Positions 49,266 to 64,000 of a stretch of 64,000 bases of DNA are shown here, piece after piece (the first letter of the stretch is position 1; each line of letters opens with the position of its first letter). The stretch lies in NCBI RefSeq assembly GCF_009914755.1, contig NC_060940.1; one strand, 5' to 3'. The notes under the pieces were generated by a model. The model worked only from the letters and a program-made list of their open reading frames with translations. It had not been told where the DNA came from and searched no databases. This DNA comes from the human T2T-CHM13v2.0 reference genome, Homo sapiens. The position numbers and the translations under genes are program-made.

Positions 49266-51062
49266 TAACAAGAGAGAAGCCGCAATGCAGATGATCACAC
49301 GCATCATTAATTATTCATTACAAGAGCCAGGGTGTTAGGAAGAACTTGGGATTGGGGGATGGCTGGCAGTGGTTTGGGCCTTGGCTCTGCCTCCACAGCC
49401 GTGGGACCTTAAGAGATCTAAAAACCCCTGTGGTCCTTAGCATGGCATTTTGGGGACAGCACTTGCTGATCATTTGGAAGTTATCCTTCTCCCAAGGCTG
49501 GCTTCACTGACTGGAGTGCCGGCCCCGTTCTCTACAAGAACATATTTGTCACCACAAGGAGGAGCCTCATGCAAGCTTTCTGGGTTTTGTTTTGTTTAAA
49601 GTTTTTGCCAGCACCTTGATTGCATCATGCAAGCTTTTTGGATGGGAAAAAGCTTTTTGGGGGAGCAGGGACTGTGTGGATGAAGGGCTTTGGGCATTGA
49701 GAGAACTAACGGGGACACTGTTAATCTCAGGGCTTGAAGACCACGTGATGTGTGTGATAACCAAAGTGAAGGGAGACATGCTGCCCCCGGGTTGCAGAGC
49801 CAAACGGATCCACCTGGAGAACAGTCCCTGCATTGAATGTATTTCTCTTGCCTCCTCTCTAGTAGGATCTGGGGCCATTTCTAGAGAACTCCCAAGCCCA
49901 AACAGTCAAAGATAAATAATAATACAACTTGTAAAATCAGCAAGTGGAAAAGACGAATGACAAGAAAGTCAAGACCCATGATGAGGGGTGAATGGAGGAG
50001 GAGGAAGTCTAAGGTTTCAGGGTCTATACCTCTGTCACTATTTGACTCTGAGCTTCCCAGCAGCCAAAGAAAAAAGGGAAACAAGTGCAAAGTTTTTTTT
50101 TTATCCATCCTTCATTTACCAAATGTGTATTGGTTGTTTACTATGAGCTGGGTGCCAAGCATCTTTAAATCCTTTTGGCAATAGGATAGGTATGAAAATA
50201 AATACTTTCCTATCCTTCAGTGCAGGCTAAGCATCATTTGTTCTGGGAAGTCTTTCCTTACACTGCATTCACCACTGTCCACCCAGTCAAGTGCCCTTCC
50301 TCTGTGCCCCCTCAGCACCCCATAGGGACAGGCATTTATTACCTAGTGTTGAGGGCATCTGAGTCACTTTTATGTCTCACCTGACAGAACATGAGCTCTT
50401 TGGCAAAGAGGATCTTATTTCCCTGTGCACAATTGTATCCCTGAGTTTCTAGCAGAGGTTCTGTTCTGGGACATGGTAAGTGCTGAAGAGATATGTGTTG
50501 ACAATGTAGTGAATGAATGAGTGAGTGAATGAGTGAATTTTGAGCTAGACAGTGTGGCTCTCAGGCAGGAAACTATGTCAGTTTCTAGGAAATAAGAAAA
50601 AAACTGAGGGAGCCCAATAGATGACCTCATGGCAATGAAGAATATAGACGTCAGAGCCGGATTATTTGCACTCTAATTCAGGCTGACTGTGGGGTCCTGG
50701 GCATGTCATTTAATTACTCAGAACCTCCATTTCCACTTCTTATGAAATGGAGGTAAAAGTATACGGCTCACAGAATTATCATGAGAATAATACTTGTAAA
50801 GATCATTGGGCAACACGGGGCAATGTAGTAAGATGTGCAGTGTTGCGTCCCGTAGAGCAGGCACTAAATAAATCATAACTCTATCAATAATAAAGATGAT
50901 GGTGATAATCATAACTTGGTCCGTGACCTCCACTCTGACCAAAATGTTTTGCCTTCAGTCCCTCAATTGGCACTAACTTTGGTGAGTCAAGAAAACAAGA
51001 CTGAACTTCCTCCCAAGGCTGTCCTGTGATAAAATGTGATTACAGGGGATGAGACCTGTGGT

Positions 51063-51101
51063 CTTTCCTTCTTTCTTTCTTTCTTTCTTTCCTTCCTTCC
51101 T

Positions 51102-51137
<36 letters not shown>

Positions 51138-51140
51138 TTT
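51063..51140 (+). repeat. (CTTT/CCTT)n microsatellite
   Basis: Read directly. Confidence 0.92.
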
Positions 51141-52724
51141 CAGGGAAAAGTCTTGGGCAGGGAAGTACCACAGCTCATGCAAAAACCTAGTCCTTTAAAA
51201 TCCATCCCCCCACACACCATCATCTCAGACTGTGGCCAAGAAAGGAAATCATTTCTCGTTCAGAAATTAATGAGGTTTCCCAGAGTTGGTGCAGCCATGG
51301 CAGCCCCATGTGAGTTTCCCAGTCGTGCTGCAAGCTGCCTTGATGTCCACATTCGATTAAACGCCTGGGTAAGAGCAAGCCACCCAGGAGAGAGCTATAA
51401 AATCTCCTGCTGAAATTTGGTTTAGCTTTCTTTGTGTGTGTGCCCTATTCTTTGCTACATTTTTTTCCCAGGATTGTGGCTTTGGAACATGAATATTGAT
51501 TCCAAGTTCTGTTCTACTTAGAAATGCTCCCATCGCTAGCCACATCTCTGAATGCACTTGGGGAAGATAGTCCCCTTTGGAATGTGGATATGATGAAAAT
51601 AATCATCATCACCAATTTTGTGGGGGCTGGGTTACTTGGGAAGTGGTGGATATGTAGTTTCAGAGTGAGGGGTTACAGTCAAAAGACCACTGAAAAAGAG
51701 TCTGTGACATACAAGCTGTGTGACTTTGGACAAATGACTGGACCACTCTGAGCCTCATTGGCAAAATAAGAGTAAAAACACCTGCCCACTGATCTAGAAC
51801 TTATTAAATTCAGCAAACATATTAAGAGTGTCTGCTGTGAGTCTAGCTCCACACTGAGCACTGGTATGAAGACAAAAATAAATAAGTCGCAGACAGTTCC
51901 TCTCTTGCACGCATGTTGACAGAGTACCCGTATGATTGACCATCCAAATCACACTTTTGAGAATCAAACAATCATCAACTGTATTAAATTATCTACCATG
52001 ACCATAGGTGTCTACAGGGACCAGGCAGGATAAACCAGGACAACTGGTCACCACACTTCTCCGTTTATTGTTTCAGTAAACAATGATGCAACACCTGCCA
52101 CCTATGCTCACCAGGGTTCCAATGTCAGCCCTATCACTTCCAGCTGAGGGTCTGTAGGCAAGTTACTTTATAACCTTCAAGCCTCAGTTTTCTCATCAGC
52201 TAAATGGGAATACTAAGAGTATGCACTTTACAGGATTGTGTACTGAGGAAGAGGTAAAATGGACAAACTTCTTAAAATGGTGCTTGTCACATCATAAACC
52301 TAATACAAGTGTTCATTGTTATTGTTTCTCAGCTTGGTATTGGGCTATCTAAATGAAATAATATGCATGAAATCTTGTAAACCTTTTGGTAATGTGGAAA
52401 GCCTGTTACAACCAAACACAGATCTCTCAGGCCGGGAGAACTGATTCCCATTCATCAACAAGCCTCTAATGAACTCCTGTGATGGAGAGAAAGAAAGAAA
52501 CAGTTTCCAGCTTCTGGGAACTGGCATGGCGCTCATAGCTAGACTGCGGTGTTCTGCTGGATATAATCTCTTGGAACTCCGACATCAGACGAGGTCATCT
52601 GAGACCACAATACAATGAGACCCAGCAAGGGCACCTCACAGGCTGCCCAAGCAGAGGTGTAAACAAGGTCTCTGTGCCACCCACAAAATATCAAACGCCT
52701 CCTTCTCCCAGCTCATATGACTGT

Positions 52725-53018
52725 CCCTGCTTTCTCAATCACAGCCAGTCTGCCTCCCTATAGATAAGATGGAGATATTTGGTCACAGAATTGTCTCCAC
52801 TTCCTGATATTACCCAGTCCAGAACAAACCTCCACATCCTCAGACCCTCCAAAGACACCCCATCAAAGCCCGAATCCCGTAAGTCCTTCCTGGCAACCTC
52901 TTGCTGAGACACCCCACAGCTCCCCATGGAGTGTGTTCTCCTTTGCTGCACTGAGTAATAAACCCCAACTTGAACTGCAGGGGTGTCCCCACTGGTCTCT
53001 GGCTGGAGGGAACTGGCA
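52725..53018 (+). mobile_element. ERV1-class LTR 3' part (MER31-like)
   Basis: ctgagacaccccacag...gtgttctcc...gagtaataaaccc...ggctggagggaactggca. Confidence 0.55.
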
Positions 53019-53235
53019 GGGGCCAGGGGCTCTCCCAGGCACTGGCAAGCGGGAAAGGATATGATGGAGCAGGACAGAGGTGGCAGGAATCAAAGGCCAG
53101 CAGGACCTGGAAAATTTCTTCTTTCTTGTGATGTATTCTTGCACATCCCTGAATGCCCAATAACTTGCAACACAGAACCTAGAATGTAGTACATGCTCCC
53201 TGTGCAATGGATGGCTGAGTTAATGAATGAGAGCA

Positions 53236-53291
53236 GGAAGGAAGGAAGGAAGGAAGGAAGGAAGGAAGGAAGGAAGGAAGGAAGGAAGGAA
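53236..53291 (+). repeat. (GGAA)14 microsatellite
   Basis: 14 consecutive GGAA units. Confidence 0.95.
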
Positions 53292-53976
53292 ATTGAGCAT
53301 TTACTGAGCATCTAATAGGTGCTTTATTTTGGGATGGGTATTGTAGAGGTACAAAGTTGGATCAGACATAAATCCCACCTCCTTGGAACTTATAATTCAG
53401 AAAGGAAGTTCACATGTAGACATAAATTGCTGTAATGTCAGGTGAAAGTGGTGCCTTAAGAGACTCAGACAGCCATGTGTCAATTCAGAGATGCCAGGCT
53501 AAGTCCACATGATCATAGACCTTCCATTTGAGGCAGTAAATTTTAAAGGAAAGCATGGAGTATTTAGAGTCAGACCTGAGCGTGGTTCTTACTAGCCATG
53601 TGACTTCAGAGGAGCTGCCTCAATGAGCTTCAATTTTCTCATTTGAAAAATGGAAATGGACCATATTCATCTTGACATGAGGACCATAGCAGATGACTTG
53701 GGCTCAAGCCCTCAACGAAAGCCACTTCCCTTCCCTCTACTCTGCAGATCTAATTGGCCCTTTCCTTCTCCCACAGCCCCTGCAGCTGTGAAAGGTGTCT
53801 GCCTTTAACAGCTAGAGAGGGATGATGTGGGGACAGCTACTGCGCTGGACTCAAAAGCAAACTTCCTGAACCTTGGATTTCCACCTCAGTTCTGTCATTC
53901 CCTGTTGATGTTCTTGGGAGAGAAGGATCTTGGGTCTGAGGCCAGCCAGACACTCTTACTCACCATGTGACCTTAG

Positions 53977-54396
<420 letters not shown>

Positions 54397-54691
54397 GGCA
54401 GTGTTTTCAAAAGCACTGAACTCAATCCTGAGCGCATGCATTCATTCAGAAACAAATGCCTTTGGGTCCCCAGTGAGGGCCAAGCCCTGTCCTAGGGCCT
54501 GGGGACACCTCATCGAACAAGGCCACTGCCCTCATGGAGTTCACAGATGGGCACAGGAGACAGAGTAGACAGGAAGCAAGGAAACAAAGATCATTGCAGG
54601 CTGTGACGTGTCACAGAGGAAATAAGTGTGAGGATGCAGAAAAATAGGTGGGCAGTGGCGGTGGGGGGGCCTTGTTCTTAGATCAGGTGGT

Positions 54692-55130
54692 GGTATGTAT
54701 TTCCTGTGGCCACTGTAACACATGAAGGCAAACTGGGTGGCTTCCAAGCAACAGGAATTTAGTCTCTTACAGTTCTGGAGGCCAGAAGTACAAAATCAAG
54801 ATATCAATGGGACTGTGTTCCCTTTGATGGTTCTAGGGGAGAATCCTTCCCCGCCTCTCTTATGTCCTGGGAGCCGTTGGCAATCTGTGATGCTCCCTGG
54901 CTTGTGGCTATGTCACTCCAATCCCTACCTCCATCCACACGTGGCCACCTTCTCCCCTTCTCATAAGGACATTTGTCATAGGATTTAGGGCCCACCAAGT
55001 TAGTCCAAGATTATCTCATCTCGAGAGTCTGAATTACACCTGCAAAGATGCTCTTTCTGAATAAGTCACATTCGCAGGTACTGGGGCTTAGTACATGAGC
55101 ATATCTTTTTAGGAGTGACACCATCCACAC
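54692..55130 (-). mobile_element. MLT1 MaLR LTR
   Basis: cagttctggaggccagaagtacaaaatcaag...ggatttagggcccacc. Confidence 0.75.
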
Positions 55131-55211
55131 AGTACCACGTCTTGGATGGCATACAGTAGGAACTCAATAGATGATACCTGTGGTTATTACACGGAATTAC
55201 TAGTAATATTA

Positions 55212-55580
<369 letters not shown>

Positions 55581-56713
55581 TTAGACGCAAAAATGCTTTG
55601 CTACAAGTCAAGGGAAAAGCAACCCCAGAAAGAAGCAAAGATGTTCACACCAAAAACAAACAGAAAAAGTGTTTGTGACTGCTTCATTATCATGCTGTTC
55701 AAAGAGCTGCTCAGTGGGGAAAGCAGTCTTCCATGATGCTTGTGAGGTCAGGAAGCCCCGAGCGGTCAATGCTCTTACGCAGAGCAGGGGATGTCTCTTA
55801 CCCCAGGAACATCAAAAGCTCTGGCAAAAGAAGAAGGTCCCAGGATCCACTTACTACAAGGAAGAAATTTCACCACCTTTATTTCCTAACCTTGTCAGTG
55901 TGACTTTGAGACTTCTGGAAGAGCTCAGAGCTATGCAGCCCTGTTATGCCTGGTAAGGCAGTAGCTTTTAAAATTTTATATATATATATATGTGTGTCCT
56001 TGAGTCTGTCCTGGAGGATGGGGGCTGCCTCTTCATGGTCTCCAAGAGGTATTGTTAGGATATGGAAAGAGCAGGAGTCTCCGAGCAAAGACGTGGGTTC
56101 AAATCCTGACTCCGCCTCTTACCCAAGCAAACCACATCATCGCTCAAAAGCCTCGTTTTCGTCACCTGTCAATTGGACTCTGACCTTGCAGAGTTGTGGG
56201 CACTGAATATGAGAATACTTGTCTCTTTCTCATCATCAACTTAGACTGTACCAGGTGGGAGTTTTTAATTCCCATTTCACAGGTGGGAAAATTGAGGTTC
56301 AAGGAACTTATATCAACTACCCCAAGAGCCAATGGCCATGAAGTGTCAGAGCTGGAATGAGATTACAAAAGAAGTGGACAAAGGGGTCGTGGGACTGCAG
56401 ACATGGACACGTACTCCAGCTTGAGAAGTTAAAGCCTTCCTGAGTGGGGAGAGGTCTCAGCTGAGACCTGGAGGCGAGACAGTGAGGCGTTAACTGGGCT
56501 GAGAAGTAGGAGAGGGATTCCCAAAAGTGGGGACAGAAAATGCCAACATCCAGAAGTAGGAGACACCCAAAGTAGCAATACCTCAGCTCTTGCAGCTGGA
56601 GAGGTGAGCCAGGGTCACAAATAGCCCCACAAGCCACACTAATGAGAAATCCAACCACAGAGGCAGCCCTCTTGGAGCTTGCTTTACATCAACACATGAT
56701 AACATTCTTCTTA

Positions 56714-57169
<456 letters not shown>

Positions 57170-57210
57170 TCACATATTCCTCAAATTCTACAATGCACAC
57201 TTGATTATAC

Positions 57211-57577
<367 letters not shown>

Positions 57578-57992
57578 TAATTAGCAGTATATTTGTCTAT
57601 CTTAATGGCACATAAGGTAAACGTGCATCTTAAAATTTTGTTATATGCCCACAGAAAAGGTGTAATATTGGGGAGTTTCTTTGAGGGGGGATAATAAATG
57701 ACATCCTGCTGCCCATAACACTCTGTAACTTGCTTTCTTCATTCCACAGTACATCTTAATATATTCTTTTTATAGGCTATGTAATATTAACACTAATATG
57801 CATTAGTATATTCTTTTTACAGGCTATATAATATTCCACAACATGAATATACACCTATAAATGTCTAGCCATCTCTCCATCTGTGGGCAGTGAGTCTATA
57901 CAGACCTTGTTTTTCACTGTTTCAAACTGGTATGGTGAACTTTTTAGAAGACTCACATGGCCGATACTAAGAAGTGGACTTGTGTGTGTGTG

Positions 57993-58275
<283 letters not shown>

Positions 58276-59129
58276 AGAAGTGGACTTACTTTAAATATGA
58301 ACTTTTGTTAGTTTAAAATGTGGCCTTTATTTTTTAATGGGCACCTCAGAAAGGCAGCCTGAAGCTCAGGCCCTTGTGCCCAGAGGATTGAAGATCCACA
58401 GGCACCTGCTCCTTCCCTGACTGCCTGCAGCACAGCTATGCATAAATCACACTGAGAGTTCCTCCCTCCTGGGCTCAGGCAGCCTCTTCAAGCATTTATG
58501 TCCCCATCCTTGCTCTGTCCCTCACCTCCTCCACTCTTGCAATTTGCACCAGGCATCGTGGGTGGGCTGGTTTTAATTGTCCATGTCACTGCAACAGCCC
58601 AGCACCCAGAAAAACTGGAAATCCAATCTTGTGATTTTTCCAACCTCGCCTCCTCAGAGGACAGCGTGGCCAGACCACTTCCTCTCAGTTCAGCTTCCAC
58701 CGCGGGCATGCTGTGTTGGACAAGGCATTTGACCTCTCTGGGTCTGTTGTCCTCATCTGACCAGCCTGGCCTCTCTTATGGGCTCTTAGGAGACACAGCT
58801 GAGGTAAGACATAGAAAAAAAAAACAGGAAGTGCTCTGAAGAAGCATTTTCCACACCACCCTCCAGAAACACCAGCCTTCCTGCTATTTCTGGAACATAC
58901 CAAGCTCAGTCCTGCCTCATGGCTCTGAACCTGCTGTTCTGTCTCGTAATGCAGGTCTCTGGTTTCCTGTCTGAAAGAGGCAATGTTGGATAGCAGGACT
59001 CTGAACCCCAGAAACAGGCTAGGAGCTCCTCTGGTCTACCATGACCTCTAATCTTAATATACACACATCACACTGAAACTATACTCAGAGTTGCATTGCT
59101 TCAATGGAGTAGAAACAAACTGCTGAGTA

Positions 59130-59510
59130 GGCTGGGTGCAGTGGTTCATGCCTGTAATCCCAGCACTTTGGGAGGCCGAGGCGGGTGGATCACTTGAGGT
59201 CAAGAGTTCGAGACCAGCCTGGCCAACATGGTGAATCCCCATCTCTACTAAAAATACAAAAATGATCTGGGCATGGTGGTGCACACCTGTGGTCCCAGCT
59301 ACTCAGAAGGCTGAGGCAGGAGGCTCAGGAGAATTGCTTGAACCCAGGAGGTGGAAGCTGCAGTGATCTCAGATCTCAGCACTGCACTCCAGCCTGGGCA
59401 ACAGAGTGAGACAAGAAAAGAGAAAGGAAGGGCAGGGAAGAGCAGGGAAGGGCAGGGAAGGGCAGGGAAAGGCAGGGAAAGGCAGGGAAAGGAAGGAAAA
59501 GGAAAGGAAA
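59130..59510 (+). mobile_element. AluS whose tail has become a (GGCAGGGAAA/G)n decamer repeat
   Basis: Alu consensus, then agggcagggaa-type repeats at ~59428-59500. Confidence 0.88.
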
Positions 59511-59984
59511 CTGCTAGGGTTCAAATCCTAGAAGTTCTAGTTACTGTGCAAACTTAGATATCATACCTGACTTCTCTATGTCTCCATTGCCTCATCTGCA
59601 AAGTGAGGATGATAATAATAGTGCCTCTTGGGCTGTTGTGAAGATTAAATGAGTAGATACAAGTCAAGAGCTCAGAATGGTGTCCAGCACACAGCAACTG
59701 TCTCATCATGTTCTACACCAGGCAGCTGGCCCAGTACTGGGGATGAAATCAATATGTACTGAGCAAATAAGTGCATCTGGTGGGTCTGCGATGATTAGCT
59801 CTATTTCATAGATGAAAAGCTTGAGGCTCAGGAAGGCAATGTGAATTAGAGCAGGAAGAGGAGGCAATAAGTGAGCTCCTACTGTGCACAGAGTCCAGGG
59901 CTGGCTGCTTTGTTTATGTGATCTCATTTCATCTTAGAACAGCCCATTTGTGGATGCAGGTGACTCATCAGAAGTCACACAGCT

Positions 59985-60283
<299 letters not shown>

Positions 60284-60324
60284 TCACACAGCTAGCAAGA
60301 AGGCCAGGGTTTGAACCCCAGTGA

Positions 60325-60822
60325 TGTAGGCGCGTGTGGGTTTTGCCTGCCCCTACACCTGATGACAGCACCTTGAGCTGCCTGTGATCATGTGACCAAT
60401 CCTCCCCACCTTCCCACCCTTATCTGTGGAGCTGATCCCAACCCACTCCAGTTACAAGTGGGCACATGACTCAGCCCGGCCAATCAGCATATTCCATCCC
60501 CTTGGCTGGAGGGATTGGCTCAGGACTGAGCATGTCACCCAATGTGGTCCAGTGGAAAACCTAGCTGCAAGTTTGGTGGAATTCATGAGAAACAGAACGT
60601 CTCCCTTTTTAGGGTTGCTAAGGTGGGAGAGGATTTAGCTGAAAGCAGAACCCAAACAGAAGAAAGCAAAGCCCAAAAAGAAGAGGAAAGAAATTGAGTT
60701 TAACAGTGGATTCCAGCAGACATGAGCTTTTCAGTTACATGAACCAGTGATTTCTTTTTTTATTGAAGCCAGTAAGATTTGAGTTTCTGTCACTTGCCAC
60801 CAAAAAGTTCCTGGCTGATACA
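60325..60822 (+). mobile_element. Old MLT1 MaLR LTR
   Basis: ttttcagttacatgaaccag...gagtttctgtcacttgccacc...gctgataca. Confidence 0.65.
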
Positions 60823-61122
60823 GCTAGACTGGATCATTCTAGACCATAGCTCTTTAATCTACACTGTGCTGAATTTGAAGACCTCCTTTCCACCAAAAAT
60901 AATTCCAGTCCCTAGCCCAAGAAACAAACCCACGACTTCCCCAGAGCTAACCTGGAAGATGAAACACTTCAGCAAAGTGGATTTTGCTGACAAGGAACCT
61001 GTTTCATTGAAAACTTCTCTCTGTGGCTGAAAGAGTGGAGGTTATTGGGATGTACCTGTTTAAGGACCTGATATGTCTGCTCAACTCCACTCTCCCAAGG
61101 TAGCTAAGCAGAATTAAGGAGG

Positions 61123-61830
<708 letters not shown>

Positions 61831-63031
61831 GGAGGCAAGTTAGATCATGGGACTTCCCTAACAGTCCTCCATCTGCCAGGTGATTACAGTAAATTACTTG
61901 GCACTGAAGTGGTCTCTCTGTGAGGGTTTTCTTAGAGGAAAAATCAAGGTTTCTTCCCATACACCCCCACCAGGATTTATCTAGGAGGCTGAACTTAGAG
62001 AACATGCTGCTTGTCGAACGTGCTGCTTGTCAGCTAGCTTCTCCTCTATGGCCTCTGCAGCAGGTCCTTAAAGGAATGAAACATCTTCATATAATAGAAG
62101 AGCTTGGACCAAACTCAAAATTCATTTTGGAAGAAAAAGACATTATGCGGAGAAAAAAAAAAAAGCTCTTTCTGGGGGTGATTTGCAAGGAGTACATGGT
62201 ATGAAGGGGCAGCTTGTCCTTTTTCATGGAGGATATAATGGGAATAATAGCAGCTACCACTTACAGCACACTTCCGGAGGCCAGACACCACATTAGGCTC
62301 TTTAAATACACTGTCCTGTTTTAGCCTCACAATAACCTTACAAAAAGAGATGACAATTATCCTCATTTTGCACAGGAGGGAACTGAGGCTCAGAGAGGTA
62401 TAAGGAAATAAGGAAAGGCCCATGGCCACATGCCTACTTGGTGGTGAAACTGCGGGTTAGCCCTAGGACTGAGGGTGAACGAGTGAATAGACTGTGGATG
62501 TGAGTTCTGCTCTTTCTCAAAATCCTGAAACAAGCATGGTTGTTGCACTGTCAAGATTGAAGAGGAAGCCAGCCCAGTGCCTATTGTGGTTAGCCATCCA
62601 ATTGACCCATGGATGTGATAAGTCAGCTGAATGTGCACACCCAGCTTGGCAAAGGATCAGCACTCCATTGATGTTACTACCTCTAGAAGGAGGCTGGAAG
62701 GAGGGGCAAAGGGAGAGCTCATGCTTACTGAGCACTTACCATATGTCTGGAAACTCGATGTCAAGTCATTCCTTTCTGACAAGTCTGGTCATTCCTTTAT
62801 GACTGGTCCTAGGCAAGGTCCGTTTTGTTTATCCATTTTTATTCCCTCTCATGGAAGTCTAACCATATCCCTTGATGGTGTCCACATCTCATTTTGACGG
62901 ATGTGAACATTGAGGCTCAGAGAGGTTAAGACACCTATCCCAGGATCACAGAAGGCCTCTGTTTTGTAGGGGTTTTACCTGGGACATGACCCTCATCTCC
63001 CTCACTTCCATGACCGGAATTCTTATCATTC

Positions 63032-63347
<316 letters not shown>

Positions 63348-63488
63348 TGAAACAGTGCTTCAAAGACACTCAAAGTTTCCCCTTGTGCAGTTTGGGGCTC
63401 AGAACAGAGCACACGGTACCTCCACCTTTCCTCAACTCCCACACATTCCAGGTGTCTAGGGTATGTCTCCTTTGGTGGAACTTAACTC

Positions 63489-63702
63489 AGTGGTGTGCTG
63501 GAGCTGACTCATATCAACTCACAAGAGCCAGTTAAGCTTTTGAGAATTTTGTGAGCCAGGTAACATCATGTTGGTGTCTTGAAATTGGCCATGGTGGAAG
63601 TATTTGCACCACAGAAATAGGCAAATGCTACAAACCAGGGCTTTTTTTTTTCTTTTAATTTTGCAGAGATCCAGTTGTTCAATATTTCCCAGCATGCCTC
63701 TG
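63489..63702 (+). mobile_element. MER63 (hAT-Blackjack)
   Basis: Starts cagtggtgtgctggag; homologous to 326-491. Confidence 0.65.
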
Positions 63703-64000
63703 GACTTTAGAGAAACAGTTCTGGTTCACCATAAACCCATATATTCATACAATAAATACATATATTGAGCTCCACCTACAATATAATATAATTTGCATTC
63801 ACTAACATGTTTGTTCAGCAAACTTTGACTCATGGGCTACTATGTGCCAGGTTCTATGCTAAATATTGGGAATTCAGCAGTGGCAAGATAGACATGGTCC
63901 TTGTCCCCATGGAGCTTTCAATCTAATGAGGGAGTCAGATTTAAACCCCACCCCACAAAAAAGTCATACAATTTGCACTTAGCAGTTAGCCAAGTCAAGT

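Overview
Human (primate) genomic DNA, recognisable as the TMEM114 locus (chr16p13.2 from recalled knowledge). The only supportable protein-coding sequence is the last two coding exons of TMEM114 on the minus strand (48605-48742 and 46291-46523). Their splice sites join in frame, a 3' CpG-rich island covers the last exon, and an AATAAA lies at 46036-46041. The earlier exons were not found and presumably lie beyond position 64000. The rest is intron and 3' flank filled with about 40 Alus, L1/L2/MIR fragments, MaLR/ERV solo LTRs and hAT (MER5/MER20/MER63) elements. Nearly all other ORFs in the track are Alu or low-complexity artefacts, and I found no new multi-gene system. Repeat family names come from recalled consensus motifs, and most boundaries are approximate. 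Four structures stand out. (1) A series of local templated duplications of non-TE DNA with different divergences: a 385-bp copy pasted into an MST LTR with a 64-bp flanking duplication and TTC microhomologies, a 200-bp inverted copy, a ~390-bp-arm fold-back palindrome, and a ~210-bp copy carrying a perfect hairpin. (2) A ~3.8-kb (TGAG/TGAA)n array grown from an L2 tail, with ~0.4-0.6-kb higher-order units; it reads as a very large YCAY cluster on the TMEM114 strand. (3) Two Alus inserted in turn at one site, leaving a triplicated TSD. (4) Splice-architecture quirks of the TMEM114 exons.
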